Assembly: GCF_964355755.1 (NCBI RefSeq)
Contig: NC_092671.1
Span: 24,750,070-24,814,069, forward strand
Length of the DNA stretch: 64,000 bases
Source of the DNA: Antedon mediterranea
Taxonomy: Eukaryota; Animalia; Echinodermata
Direction: 5' to 3'
This document shows, one piece after another, positions 63,613 through 64,000 of the stretch. Each line of letters starts with the position of its first letter. Position 1 is the stretch's first letter. The position numbers and the translations under genes are program-made. The notes beneath the pieces were generated by a model. The model made no database searches, was not told the origin of the DNA, and saw only the letters and a program-made list of their open reading frames with translations.

Positions 63613-63849
63613 TTACTCTTCTTTGTGTATAATCCATGAGTGTTCATTTTTAGTCATTTCATTATCTGGTCCTAATAGTGCTGTTCCATTCATTTTGTCT
63701 CCATTCACTAAGTATGATTTGGCAACACGTACCATGTCATCTCGGGTCACTCCTAAAAGTTGTTGACGGTGATTCTGATAAACGTCGTCACTAACATGAT
63801 TTTTGAAATGTCTCATTCCTTTACTTGAGGGAGCTGTTGGGCTATCAAC
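63613..63849 (-). CDS. PITRM1: Presequence protease (pitrilysin metallopeptidase 1), last coding exon
   Basis: VDSPTAPSSKGMRHFKNHVSDDVYQNHRQQLLGVTRDDMVRVAKSYL...ALLGPDN...SWII* matches the recalled PITRM1 C-terminus (VDAPVAPSDKGM...HREQL...AILGPEN...SWII); AG acceptor at 63851-63850. Confidence 0.88.
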   Translation of the reverse strand, partial: VDSPTAPSSKGMRHFKNHVSDDVYQNHRQQLLGVTRDDMVRVAKSYLVNGDKMNGTALLGPDNEMTKNEHSWIIHKEE

Positions 63850-63873
63850 CTGTAATGTATAAGAACAATAGGT

Positions 63874-63972
63874 TTATTCTTATTCTTTCTTATTCTTATT
63901 CTTTCTTATTCTTTCTTATTCTTATTCTTTCTTATTCTTATTCTTTCTTATTCTTATTCTTTCTTATTCTTA
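63874..63972 (+). repeat. Compound (TTATTC/TTTC)n simple repeat
   Basis: ttattcttattctttc units seen directly. Confidence 0.9.
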
Positions 63973-64000
63973 CGCCCGTATTCTTAAACCGGACTTTAGT

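Overview
AT-rich eukaryotic (invertebrate metazoan, plausibly echinoderm or other deuterostome) genomic window. It holds three intron-containing host genes: the first two coding exons of a NUB1-like gene (minus strand, running off the left edge), a complete PIKfyve/Fab1 gene (plus strand, 38 phase-consistent coding exons plus a candidate 15-nt microexon, about 2230 aa, 16915-58615) arranged head-to-head with NUB1, and the last exon of PITRM1/PreP (minus strand, convergent). The introns are full of mobile DNA: an intact, very young Ty3/Gypsy element (identical 134-bp LTRs, 5-bp TSD), many MITEs, non-autonomous Helitrons and satellites. The most unusual object is a decayed LTR retroelement at about 11411-15717. 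It has LTR remnants, a tRNA-Ser PBS and a PPT but no gag/RT. It carries a PHD-finger C-terminus and, next to the PPT, a zinc-finger + TatD-family nuclease gene. All calls come from reading the sequence by eye and from recalled family motifs; no database searches were run.
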